Source: Perkinsus chesapeaki ATCC PRA-425
Taxonomy: Eukaryota; Protista; Perkinsozoa
NCBI GenBank assembly: GCA_013115145.1
Contig: JAAPAO010000342.1
Location: 1-37,772, forward strand
Direction: 5' to 3'
Length of the DNA stretch: 37,772 nucleotides
The translations under genes and the position numbers were made by a program. The notes beneath the pieces were generated by a model. The model ran no database searches and had not been told where the DNA came from. It worked only from the letters and a program-made list of their open reading frames with translations. Shown piece after piece: positions 10,480 through 21,774 of this stretch (position 1 is its first letter; every line of letters starts with the position of its first letter).

Positions 10480-13282
10480 ATGACCACCATCAAACCAGAG
10501 ATCATCGTCGAAGGTGGTGCACTAGCATCATCATCTATTCCCTCTTCGAGCGAGAGTGGCGTCATCCAAAGGCCGAAGAATGCTCAATTGCAAGCCATTC
10601 TCCAGTGAGTTGGGGGGGAGATGAGGCATATAAGGCATGGAGACCACGGTACTGCATGTGTCAAGTTGGTTGAATAGATCCTCTTACTCAATATATTGTA
10701 ATGATATATAGTCTTGTATTTTACATAGTAATGTGGCGATGTGTCTACTTCTAATATTTAGTAATATTGCTGTGTGACACTAGCATAGGATAATGAACTT
10801 TACTACTACTGTTCTATATATTACCTCTAAACACGAAGAATAGCTATATAGATAATTCAATTTATCAAAGCATGAAGATGAGTATGAGTCACGCGCCACA
10901 AAAATAGTCGAATATTCTCCAGTAATATGCATTAAGGTATCTGATGGAACATGAGTATTTGGAGGCATTCGCCACTCTACAGCGGGAGTCCGGTGTTGAC
11001 TTTACTGAGGGTAACAGCGACTGCAGCGTCCTGGACAGAGCAATTGATATGTGGTAATAAGAAGATACAGCAGCTTTCCGTACAAGGACCTCGACCTTGT
11101 ACCCGTCCTCAGGTACTCAGTGCAGTACGCCACCTACGGTGACATGGACGACTCAGAGGGGGGCACTGAGGACCTTCTCGAGGGTATCGTCAGAGAGCCT
11201 GGTGTGACACCTCACGCTGTCGGTAGGGGGATTCGAACCTGCGCGGTACCTTTAGGTGTATTATTATCTCATGTCAGTTCGATCGGTGACTGCTCCCCAT
11301 GGAGCCAGAGCCAATCCCACCAGTGTTGTTTTTAACCCAACAGATGCCTCCTTCTTGGTGACTGGGGGTGCTGATAGGGAAGTTAAAATGTGGAATGATT
11401 CGGAAAGTAAGGAAAACTAAGTCCTGTTATCAATACTCATGACTGCGGCCGGCTGTGCTGCTGGCTTTTAGTCAGCCAATCCACTCCTCTACCGTTTATC
11501 ATCATCATGCTCGTAATTCCGTATCTTTAGAAATAGATTGACGTTTGAAGAAAAGTAACACTGGAGTTCAGCAGATTCTTAGAGATCCACCTGTCCGCAC
11601 GGGAAAGACTTGTCGTTGACACAATAGCTGTTTCACGCGCGCCTTCGCTCCTCCACAAGGGGGCATTGAACTCGTGGTAAGTTTATTTATTTCCAGATAC
11701 AGGCGGTCTAGAGCCCACTGGCTTAACCTTCCGTGCCCCATCTCCGGTATTATCCCTAGACTGGAGCCCAGATGGTGCCTTCATAGCTGTTGGCTGCATG
11801 GGAGGTGAAGTGGTAAGTGATCCTGACATGCTGCCTTGGACGGGAACTTTAGATCCACAAATGAATCAACATTTTGTCGAGGCCGTTGTTTCCCTATCGA
11901 AGATTTGTCGCTGCTGTTGGAATGTCTTTATACTTATTTTCATAAATATTGAATAAGTAGTCTCCCGAGATCCGCTTGTCACAATTCATTACCATCGCTG
12001 AGAGCCTTGTACACGTGGCATTAGTCTGAAATGATTCCATCAAACTTGGGGTATTCTCAGTAGGCTATGAAAATGGTGGTATGATTGTCTAGAGGGCCGA
12101 TCGGAGAATATAGAGTTGTTGTTGATGATGATGAGCTCAATTACTTTTATTATTTTCAGTTAGTGTTCGATGCATGCACCGGAAAGGAGCTTGGAAGGTC
12201 ATCTCATCCCACTAAAACTCATGTAAAAGCATCTGCTGTTTGAAGAAATCTTGCAATCTTGCATTTTCTCAACGCTGATAGGTCCTACGTGTCCAATTTT
12301 GTCCACAAGTGAAGGGCGATGGCGAGCTACTATTATTCAGTGCTTGCCGAGATATGACTGTTCAGTTTTATCAAAGAATCAAAGTCGAGGGCGCTGAAGG
12401 TGAGGAGGTGGCTTGTTGATAAATTGATGGCGCGCGCTTTTTGCATTGGCAGAGTTCGAATGGAGGAAGACTGGAATGCTTCGACAAGCACAGCCAGTGT
12501 CTGCTGCTACTTGGTTAGATTGCGATGAGCCGGTATTGGCCATGGCGATTGAGAACGATCCGTAAGTAGTTGTGTGCATGCGTGCATACCGTTCCTTCCG
12601 TAACTTGGCTAACTTTGTAGGTACATGCATTACTATTCGGGTGAGACATTAAAGAGTGTTGGAGACTTTTCGATGAATCCTCATAAGTTGGATCGTCATG
12701 TCAGCTTCAGAGTTCGCGATATGTAAAAACGCCCTTTCTGGGGATCGAACTTGTGCCTGTTGGATTCCCTCCGCTGCCAGGTTGTCTTGGTCCATGGACG
12801 GTCACACGTTCATCCTCTGCGCTACTGACGCTCACAAACTTTTGTTGTTCCGAGCTTTCCACCATTCGCCTATTCGAACGTAAGGGTATCTTCAGTTCGA
12901 GCGCGGAAGATACAAAACAGGTTGATTTCTTAGATACTATGGTATCGACATTGATGAGTATGATAATCCTTCGTTAGCTATATCAGCCGACAGAAGCTTT
13001 GTTCTCTCAACTACCACGGACAAGAGCGGTGAGTTGAACATTTCGTGGCGCGCGTTTTTTCATGAATGGTAGGGTCCTATATTGGCGGTGTTGCAGTGTT
13101 TGAGACATTCTCCCAACAGAAAGTGATGACGATACCCGTTCATGAGCGAGGGGCAATTCGGAATATGTGCTTCTCTAAAACGTAAGCTAGAGGTGTCAGA
13201 AAAATAACAGTGTTAACATCATTTCAGGGATGATAAGATTGCCTCTGTGAGTTTTGAAAAGTCACTGAAGATCATTGAATAG
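10480..13282 (+). CDS. LisH-domain WD40-repeat protein, many exons
   Basis: LisH-like LQAILQYLMEHEYLEAFATLQRES across intron 10605-10936; WD repeats (SVVFNPTDASFLVTGGADREVKMW; LDWSPDGAFIAVG; LSWSMDGHTFILC); stop 13280-13282. Confidence 0.8.
11218..11246 (-). pseudogene. tRNA-Ser/Leu-like 3' relic, antisense in a WD40-gene intron (~11184-11277)
   Basis: Reverse complement CCGCGCAG-GTTCGAAT-CCCCC-TACCGAC-A. Confidence 0.6.
12725..12757 (-). pseudogene. tRNA 3' relic, antisense in WD40-gene intron 12723-12780
   Basis: Reverse complement CACAA-GTTCGATC-CCCAG-AAAGGGC-G-TTTTT; the terminator abuts the GT donor. Confidence 0.65.
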
Positions 13283-13506
13283 TTTTTGTTGTTCCTCAAC
13301 ACAATTGCCTGAGATACGTTTCTCAATTTCATTTGCCATTTAGTTGTCAATTAGCCTCCGGAGTGTGCATCCGAGCTACACCAGCTCTGCTACAGTGGAC
13401 ACCTTGCGTCGCAACTGAGTGTTGCTGACAGAATCCGTTAACAGTCGTAGTGTATTTTGGCAGTGGTTGTCGTTTGCCTTGTCAAGGTGACGGAGTCTCC
13501 TCCATA

Positions 13507-15278
13507 ATGTTTGGCAGAAAGAAATCGACTAAATCAACCGAAAGCGGAGGAGGCCTCTCCCCACGTGAGTTGGCTTCTTTCTGACTTTGCGTATCGATTC
13601 TTCGGAATCTTCAAAAGCTGCCTGCCTGCTTTGGTGCTTGGGTGATCGAAGCTGGTGGTGTTTTCAGTTAAAAGCAGCATCGGGGCAGACTCACCTTCCG
13701 CGGATAACGGCGATAATGTAACGAAAGGAGGCGACAACAATTGTGTGGCGCAGTGGCGCATCATCATTTCAGAGCCAAATAGCTCATCTAAAGAATCTAC
13801 TTGATGGACGAAAGTTAACCCTCGATTCATTCGATCTTCGAGCCACGGTGGGGACCGGTAAAGCTAGAGGTGTCAGAAAATGACGTGAACGATGCAAAGC
13901 AGGTACTTTTGGAAGAGTCCGCGTTGTGAAGGTCAAAGACGCATCTGACCGATCTCCAATGGCGCTGAAGATGCTGAAAAAGTCCGAAGTGATTCGGTTG
14001 AAGCAGGTAAACGACGACGCGGCTGTCGACTACGCACCATGGGACTGGGGCTCATGTTAGGTGGAACACGTCAAGGCAGAGAAGAGGATCTTGTCAATGA
14101 TAGAGCACCCATTTATTGTTAATTTGTGAGGACGCGAGTTCGAACCCCAGCAGGGTTACTTTAAATATTTTATCTAATTACCTTTTGTATAAAAGAACAT
14201 AGCCATGGAGTTGTCGCTTCGCCTTTCTGATCCACATTATCTTATAATCATTCAGACTTACAACGTTCCAAGACGACAAACGGCTCTTCATGCTGATGGA
14301 GTATGTGAACGGTGGCGAGCTTTTCTCATATTTACGAAGAGAAGGCAGATTGCCGAATGATAGTGGAAAGTTCTATGCTGCCGAGATTGTTCTGGCCTTC
14401 CAGTACCTTCACAGTAAGAAAATGGAGGAGGGGGGAATCGAACCTGCGCGGATCAGATATGAATATCATCTATAGAGACTTGAAGCCGGAGAACCTACTT
14501 ATCGATTGCCATGGTGAATGGTGGATAATATGATATTTGTTATGAACATGTTTTCATAGGTCACGTCAAAGTTACAGACTTTGGTTTCGCTAAAGTCGTA
14601 GAGGATCGAACATGGACTTTATGTGGCACACCGGAATACTTGGCACCGGAAATCATTCAATCCAAAGGTAACAGCAGCTATCAGTCGTTGGCAGCAACAA
14701 CAATAACATCAGTCATTTTTATCAGGGCACGGAAAATCAGTAGACTGGTGGGCTCTGGGAATTCTCATATTTGAGATGCTGGCTGGCTATCCGCCATTTT
14801 ACGATGAAAACCCCTTCGGAATTTACCAAAAGGTGAAGTGTTGACTGGGTCAGTGGTATCAAATAAGCACTTTAGATACTCTCGGGAAAGATAGACTTCC
14901 CTCGTCATTTCGATGTTAAAGCGAAGGATCTCATAAAGCGGCTTTTGGTGCACGATCGAACGAAACGCTATGGTTGTCTGAAGAATGGTGCGGATGATAT
15001 AAAGAAACATAAATGGTAAACCAGCATCGCATGAAGGAGATGATGGGGCGATTTCGACAGGTTTAAGAACGTCGAATGGGAGCAGGTCTTTGCACGGCAA
15101 CTCACACCACCATTTATACCCAATGTAAAGGGAGCGGACGACACTTCAATGTTCGATAGGTGGAGAATATTTATGAGGAGAATACGGTATGAGACTTGCA
15201 TATAGGTACCCGGAGTCCGAGGAGGGTTCGACGCATAGCATCAACAAGCGGGAGCAAGTACTCTTTCAAGACTTCTAA
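13507..15278 (+). CDS. PKAc: cAMP-dependent protein kinase catalytic subunit, multi-exon
   Basis: [85 protein letters not shown] and terminal FQDF; stop 15276-15278. Confidence 0.98.
14130..14162 (+). pseudogene. tRNA 3' relic at the start of PKA intron 14126-14255 (sense)
   Basis: GGACGCGA-GTTCGAAC-CCCAG-CAGGGTT-A-CTTT; intron boundaries fixed by the kinase reading frame (VNL|LTTFQDD). Confidence 0.6.
14419..14452 (-). pseudogene. tRNA-Ser-like 3' relic filling most of the 43-nt PKA intron 14414-14456 (antisense)
   Basis: Reverse complement TCCGCGCAG-GTTCGATT-CCCCC-CTCCTCC-A-TTTT; the intron lies just before YRDLKPEN. Confidence 0.7.
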
Positions 15279-15748
15279 TATCACCCTTCCACTGCTTTGT
15301 GGGAAGTAAAATTACGACGTTTGCTTACGCTGTGATTACGACTATTTCACTTATCATATATGTTAACAATCTCCAGTATGGATCTGCTGCATTAACCGTT
15401 GTTGTCAAGACCAGTAAGATTTTGTGTTGGCAAGTCGTGAGGAGCGGCGCAATGCAGCGCCACTCGGTTAGACACCACACACGCCAGGGGATTCGGGGAA
15501 TGGAGCGTTATTAGGCCCTAACATCCGCGAGCGTGGTAAAATTAATCAGACAGAACGCAATCGTATTTAGACTCCCTTCCACTCCACAAAAAAAGCAAGT
15601 TTTCGATCGTTAGAGAACGAGGTGGCCACCGAGGACGTCACGATAAGCGGGGCGATGTTTCACGGGCGTCACCTCCCACGCAAATAAACAACACAAAGTT
15701 AGAAGGAAGCAAAACATGCAGTAGAGAGGCCAACACGCTTCCAAGCGG

Positions 15749-15994
15749 TTAGTGCTCCTCATATCTCATATATGAGTCCCGGTATTCGTCGGGAAAGTTC
15801 AAGGAGACTGACGAGAAGGGGCTATTCCTGTCCGACCAGCAAGAGAATGCTCGACGCCACAACAGCCACATTCGCGCCACAATTTCCGGCAACATATTTG
15901 GACTATCGTTATGGATAAGATACTGAGTTGAATACTGAGAGCCAAACTGCATTATAGCTTGCCTTTTCCACAGTGTGGAATCCACACCCGACAC
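15749..15994 (-). CDS. Small hypothetical protein (last exon); 5' end unresolved
   Basis: 81-aa ORF with protein-like composition, preceded by a possible AG acceptor; no family recognised. Confidence 0.3.
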   Translation of the reverse strand: MSGVDSTLWKRQAIMQFGSQYSTQYLIHNDSPNMLPEIVARMWLLWRRAFSCWSDRNSPFSSVSLNFPDEYRDSYMRYEEH

Positions 15995-16211
15995 AACTAT
16001 TCAAGCACATTGGCTACGTGTCGCATCAGTTAACGTCTCCCTTTATCTTAGGAGACACGGATTTCTCTTTAGCGCTCCACCCTCCAGCACACGCGTGCGC
16101 TAACGAGAGGTCACCGTTAATTCAAATTAAAGACAATTAATTCTATTTCTTGCTCTTGTTTCCTTCAAGGTTAATTTCAGTTTTTTTTCCTTCTGTGTTC
16201 TCCACTAAAGC

Positions 16212-16982
16212 ATGTTCTCTATCTACGCTATCACTGGTTTGCTCACTGTCGCTGCCACTGCCAAGCATGTGACCCCCAATGGTGAATACTGCGGAAGCGG
16301 CCATCACTGGCGTTCCCTCATGGTCAAGGTTAACGAGGAATCGGCAACCTTCGACGTCAGCGGCATTGCTAACGTCTCCGGCGCTGCTCCATTCTATCTG
16401 TCTGACATCCCCTTCCAGATGAACGAGCTCGGTAATGAGATCGTAGTCTTGAACAAGGACACCACACCTGGTGACCACCCTATCGGAGGCTTTGGCTACC
16501 CCCTTCCCTCATTCACCGCAGTAGGCTATGATGCAACTTATGATCTTATTATGGCCACTTATAACGATGAGTATCTGTTATGCGGTCACAGTAAGTGCGG
16601 CGCCGAGTCAACTGCTGAGGACAACAAGTTTGGCCCCAACGGACACTACTGCTGCAGTAGCAAACACTGGCAGTATATCCAATTCCGTGTCAACTTCAAC
16701 GCTGACACCTTCACTGGCACTGTTGCTGTCGGTGGTATTGCTAGGCTCCCTCACGCTTCCCCGTGGTATCTCTCGGACATGCCTTTCACCTTGGATTCTG
16801 AGATGAGTCTACTAACCGTTCACAAGGAGACTGAGAGTCGCCGTTCCCTCCGTGCCACAATCGGAGGATTCGGGTATCCAGTACCCTCTTGGACTAGCTT
16901 GTCTTTCAACGCTTCCTCTAATACCATTACCGCTCCATATAGAGGTGATCTTATGGAACTCGCAGCGGAGAACTGTAAGTGA
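16212..16982 (+). CDS. Intronless secreted protein with two tandem PxGxYC-start domains
   Basis: 256-aa ORF with signal peptide; the halves share PNGxYCxSxxHW, PxYLSDxPF and IGGFGYPxPSxT; T-rich tract plus AG just before ATG. Confidence 0.85.
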   Translation: MFSIYAITGLLTVAATAKHVTPNGEYCGSGHHWRSLMVKVNEESATFDVSGIANVSGAAPFYLSDIPFQMNELGNEIVVLNKDTTPGDHPIGGFGYPLPSFTAVGYDATYDLIMATYNDEYLLCGHSKCGAESTAEDNKFGPNGHYCCSSKHWQYIQFRVNFNADTFTGTVAVGGIARLPHASPWYLSDMPFTLDSEMSLLTVHKETESRRSLRATIGGFGYPVPSWTSLSFNASSNTITAPYRGDLMELAAENCK

Positions 16983-17527
16983 GAAGAATGTATATACATA
17001 CCCACTGAAGTGAATTTTACACCAGGTGTTGATCGACAAGGTCATTTAATATTCCTGGTGGTTTCCCATCACTGCTTCCCGTTTAGTCTGAAACGGCTGA
17101 TGACAGACGCATCTTCAGCCACCAGTTTTTTCCCTGCCGCAAGGAGGGCGGCAACAGAGAGCTTTACTGCTCTTCCCTTACGAAGTGTTGCGTTGTAAGT
17201 TCTTCCCGATGAGTAACACTTTCGGTATGGAAGCTAATGGCTTCCTTACCAATCTTCCTTACCATCAAGGCATAGAGGAGCATCTGAAGTTCCCAGAAGC
17301 TTCTTGTAATCTATAAGATGCCAACAACAGATAGGTCTGTTGACCTTGAATAACCAGATTACTTGTTACATTGAGTAAACGTTTTTCTCTCGGCATACTT
17401 TTGTGGAGTACGAGTGAGTATCGGAACTCTTGAATATGACATACACTCTGACTTCCACCACTCAACAAATCACGGTTGAAGAAACTTCGAATGATGCAAA
17501 AAAACCTGCCTTGCGGCTAACATAATA

Positions 17528-20008
17528 TCACTCGATTGGTTCGCCCATACCGGGTCGACCAATTACTGCCGGACTTCCAGGATGATCTTCGGAAAGGTCA
17601 CTAGTTGTGTCGGCTAAAGACTCGACTTCCTCGAGTTCAACATTCTTGAAGATATGTGGACGTCCCTTGCTAAACCATGACGATTGTATCCTTCTCAACA
17701 AGCTTCCATGGCATGGATCGGACGGCTCATCTATAATCAAAGAATCAGTTTGTCGAGCGTTCGGAATTAAAAAACGAACTAATACTAATGGTACAAGTGG
17801 AGCCAGACATGACCATAAGCTCGCTTCCCAAAGCCGAGCGAATTTAGGCCCTTCATTGGGGGATCCATCAGGGGTCACACCAAGGTGATAGAGCAACATG
17901 GCGCCGAAATAATCAGATAGGCTTGAGCTCAGATTGCTGGCACCGGCCAGGAGGGCATACATAGTCGATTCCAAATTGTCAGGGCAGCTTTGACTCAGAA
18001 GTACTATTGCCGGCATCCAGTTGAATTCACCAAGAACGGTCCCCAAAGCCGCGGACGAGATTACGAAAATTCTATCAGGAATTCCAAGGTGTGTTACATT
18101 GAATCGCGTGTACACGATAATGTTGAATAGACCAACGAGAGAGCAAAGTACGCTAGAAAAGGAGAATATCCATTGATAATGCCAATGCTTCATGAACCTG
18201 TTGTAGAGGTACATCCCGACCAGACTGCATATAGAAGCAACTATACCTGATATAAAGGAGGCACTCGATGACGAGATGTTGGCAAAAAGGAGGAGCAAAT
18301 CTCACTGAAAATTTACAAAATATGGGATTACTGACGTAAGCTGCGTTTTTCTTGAGGAAATCCTGCGAGGAAATTTTACAAAGTAAGGAGGTATTATTCC
18401 ACAGCGGCGGCCCAAGAAACAGCTGGGTGAAGTATCTTTGATACTTCTACAGAGTCCAACTCGAGTAGAATCGAAGAGATTGATTGATCATGCAAAGGAA
18501 ACGTTGAGACTATGTGTAAAGCACGAGCGACATGACAACTCCGGTAAAAAGTACTAAATTTTGAAGGTAGAGGGCGACTGGCGTGAAGCCTACGGAAACG
18601 ACAAAGGCAATTACCTAAGGTAGTGGTGTAGAATACCGTACCGAAATGGGGGCCTTCTGGGTATTGCTCTGGAGTATCAGTGAAGAAGTAAAATGAAGCG
18701 CCGTGAATGCCGAAATGCATCTGAGCAACTATAGAAGGGAAGGAAGTATCGCCGACTGTTACACAATTTTGTATAAACATGAAGAGGTTCTGTTTGGCGA
18801 TCAGCGGCCGTGTGAGAAAGGTGAACAACAATACCACTACTATACCGAGGACGCCGGCTACGATGCATTTACGGTGTAACTAATGATAGTCAGTGCGTTC
18901 CCATACAACCTCTTCATTCTCACTTGTGTTTCGATTATCGAATAGATGGCCAAGAAGAGTCCACCTAGGCCAGTGACGAGCGACAAACACGTCATCTCCC
19001 AAAACTTCGGTTTTACGTTCTCCTCGGAAGCCTGGTCTGCGTCAACACGCGCTTCGCCGAGAAGGTTGAATACCACCAGAGGCAAGACAAGGGCGGCAAA
19101 CGGCACGCCGATCCAATAGACTCGAAAAGGGCCGATGGAGTCTATCAATGGACCGACTAGTAAAACAGCAAAGGTGCGGAATATGGATATTCCGACCCAT
19201 ACAAAAGTGACCAGGTCAGGACCGGACTTTGGATGACTTTTCAGCTTAGCGGCGTACATGCCTTCTGATAATAGATCACATACTGCGCATTGGAGGAAAA
19301 TGAGGAAGCATGCCACGAGGGAAACAATAAGGGGATCCGGCCTCTGGGTAAGCACGACCATAGCTAGCAAAGCGAGTAGTGTTGATATGAACATGTAAGG
19401 ACGCTTGTGGTAACCGAAGAGGGATATGCGGTCGCTGAGGAGGCCAATGAGAGGCTTGATGCTCCATGGTATACCAGTTGCACTTCTATATACCTGAAAG
19501 TGGTGATGAAGTAATATCAAGTGGATCGAATATTTGCCCTAAGGAACGAGATAAGACAGAGTGTCTAACCAAAACAATTCCGCTGGTGCCGTGGTGAGGA
19601 GCAAACCAATCCCACAAGGTACTATTGTGCCGCGCAGTTGAAGACGAACTAAAGTAAGAGATTCCTCTCTGATTAAAGTTGACTTGTGGTCCCTTTTCAT
19701 CGATGCCCATAAGGCCGCCTTATTAAGGTCAACGGGGAGGACTGCACCTCCCCGTTGAATGTGTTAACTTAACACTGTTAAGCAAGATATGTAATTGTTA
19801 GTAAGCTCACTTGGAGGTCGGTGCCTGAGACTTTATAGTCTCTCAAGATGAAGTCAACAGGAGTGCCGGCTAGTCCACCGCCACCTCCCCCACAGACGAA
19901 CCCTTTCAGTATGTGCTGTATTAAATGCAAACCGACAAGGAAACGACCACCGAAGACCGCTCTTAGACGAGGAAAATAAGATTGCTCATCCAAGGGAACG
20001 TCAGGCAT
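17528..20008 (-). CDS. BT1-family folate/biopterin transporter (MFS), multi-exon
   Basis: PWSIKPLIGLLSDRISLFGYHKRPY, CDLLSEGMYA, WMPAIVLLSQSCPDNLESTMYALLAGASN; first intron 19494-19810. Confidence 0.92.
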
Positions 20009-20231
20009 CTGATAAACTGTTATTATCTGAACACAATACAGAATTCTAATGACATAAAGGTGTTAACAATTGATAAGTGACAAGACACGAACTGCGAGAG
20101 GATGATTTTGATAATAAGTGCCACTAATGCACTGGTTGCCTGTACGGAGAACATGTAATGAACTCAATGTGATAATAACAGACATCAATATTGCTACATT
20201 GATTAGTGGCTAAGCTGCTAACAGTGTTAAC

Positions 20232-20996
20232 TTAACACTTGCCTGGCTTGAACACCAGTGGGGTAGGGTGCGTATCATCATCAGACATCATCAAATCGCC
20301 ATTGTAAAAAAGCCTCATATGATAGTCCAAGAAAGGGTACTCAGGTATACGTGGTTCATCATCTATACCCTCAGAAAAGATACGATAAGTCCCGCCTTGT
20401 GCTGCCCCAACCTTATATTTAATATTACTGAGGAGGACCCTAGCCCCCTTAGACCGCAAAATTGCCGAATAATTGTGAACGGCAGCGGGAAAAGAAAATC
20501 TTGCAGTGACGTACTTGAGCTGTTGTGCCACAGAAGAGCAGAAGACTCCATTCACTTCAGGCGTATCGAATAGTTGCCTTACGAAGCCATGGTCCATGAT
20601 ACCTTCGAGGTTACTCGAGGACTTGCACTTTCTCCGAGTGAAGGTTAGATACTCTGCAGGGCCTCCTCTGAGGTGAAGATGAATTTCCTTCTCGTCGGCA
20701 TCATATTTTAACATCCACATATGCTCGACAAAGGGAAAGGTCTTGTGTGCATCGCGCGAGAGTTCTTCAGCATGTATAGTAATCAAACCAGAAGACTTGT
20801 CCAGGTTGTAAGTTGTTGGGAAGATGGCGACCGTGGCAGTCTCACCGACTAAAGTGACAGCTATTTTGTCCTTGGTAAAGACGACTTGAGATTCATATTT
20901 TTCTATCACAGAACTACAATACTTGCCAGAGGGTACAGTGAATGCTACGCTGCTGTACACAAAAGCGATGATAAGGAGGCCATTGAAGAATAACAT
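20232..20996 (-). CDS. Intronless secreted protein with two tandem PxGxYC-like domains
   Basis: 254-aa ORF with signal peptide; PSGKYCSS...KC and NGVFCSS...KC halves. Confidence 0.85.
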   Translation of the reverse strand: MLFFNGLLIIAFVYSSVAFTVPSGKYCSSVIEKYESQVVFTKDKIAVTLVGETATVAIFPTTYNLDKSSGLITIHAEELSRDAHKTFPFVEHMWMLKYDADEKEIHLHLRGGPAEYLTFTRRKCKSSSNLEGIMDHGFVRQLFDTPEVNGVFCSSVAQQLKYVTARFSFPAAVHNYSAILRSKGARVLLSNIKYKVGAAQGGTYRIFSEGIDDEPRIPEYPFLDYHMRLFYNGDLMMSDDDTHPTPLVFKPGKC

Positions 20997-21774
20997 TTTG
21001 GGGAAGCTACCAGGAATGACGGCTGCTCGAATGAGCTAATAAGGGTGATCAGATCAGATACATTCTACAAATACTAGGTTATATTAAGGTACAGGATATT
21101 CGCCACTCAGCTACTTAACGCAAATGAGTCGGTGCGGAAACTTAGATTCGGCTGACAATTCGCACTAACGTGTTCTGTAATCGCTGAGGGTTGAGTTAAC
21201 CCGGTTAACTCGCAATAAAGCTGCTACACAGACCGATGCTGACAAGCCAGCTAAAAGAAGTTGCTAGCGCTAGCTGAATGGAAGCATTTCATTCAATGCA
21301 GTCGTTACATCATATCACGCGGTGTACTCATTGAGTACTACTCAATGGTGACGACATGTTGGGATCGACCGACGGTGCACGCGAACACCTAATGTTGTTG
21401 GGCTTCCTGCCCACCTGGAGGAGGAGGAGGAGACGCCTTGCGAGCCCGCGTCGCCCGAGTCCTACTGGCAACACTGGACATTAGGGAAAGAGATAAGTAC
21501 GTACTGACGAGTAAATATGAGAATAGTCAATACTAGCTTTATCAGGGAGCTAGAGGAAGAAGACAATAATTTATTGTCAATAAATAGTGAGAGGAGAAAG
21601 AGTCTTTCTGAAATGATAGTCTTTCAGAAAGACTGCACGTACTATCATTTCTTATAATAACAGAGCATCCGCACGCATGCAGTGCATGCCATGCACCAAA
21701 CTGGCTGGCAACTCGCACGCACGCGCCAGAGTGGCTGATGCGCACACGTGCAGACTGGCATCAGCATTACCTCA

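Noticed and set aside
16150-16212. Spliced-leader relic upstream of the intronless genes (retrogene signature)
   Set aside because: No match to the dinoflagellate/Perkinsus-type CCGTAGCCAT leader seen here or upstream of 20996; only a T-rich tract plus AG consistent with a trans-splice acceptor.
17075-17390. Possible small spliced minus-strand gene between the secreted protein and BT1
   Set aside because: Exon phases could not be reconciled into one frame with confidence.
19729-19790. Helitron 3' end (GC-rich hairpin)
   Set aside because: No CTRR terminus at the expected distance on either strand and no Rep/helicase sequence.
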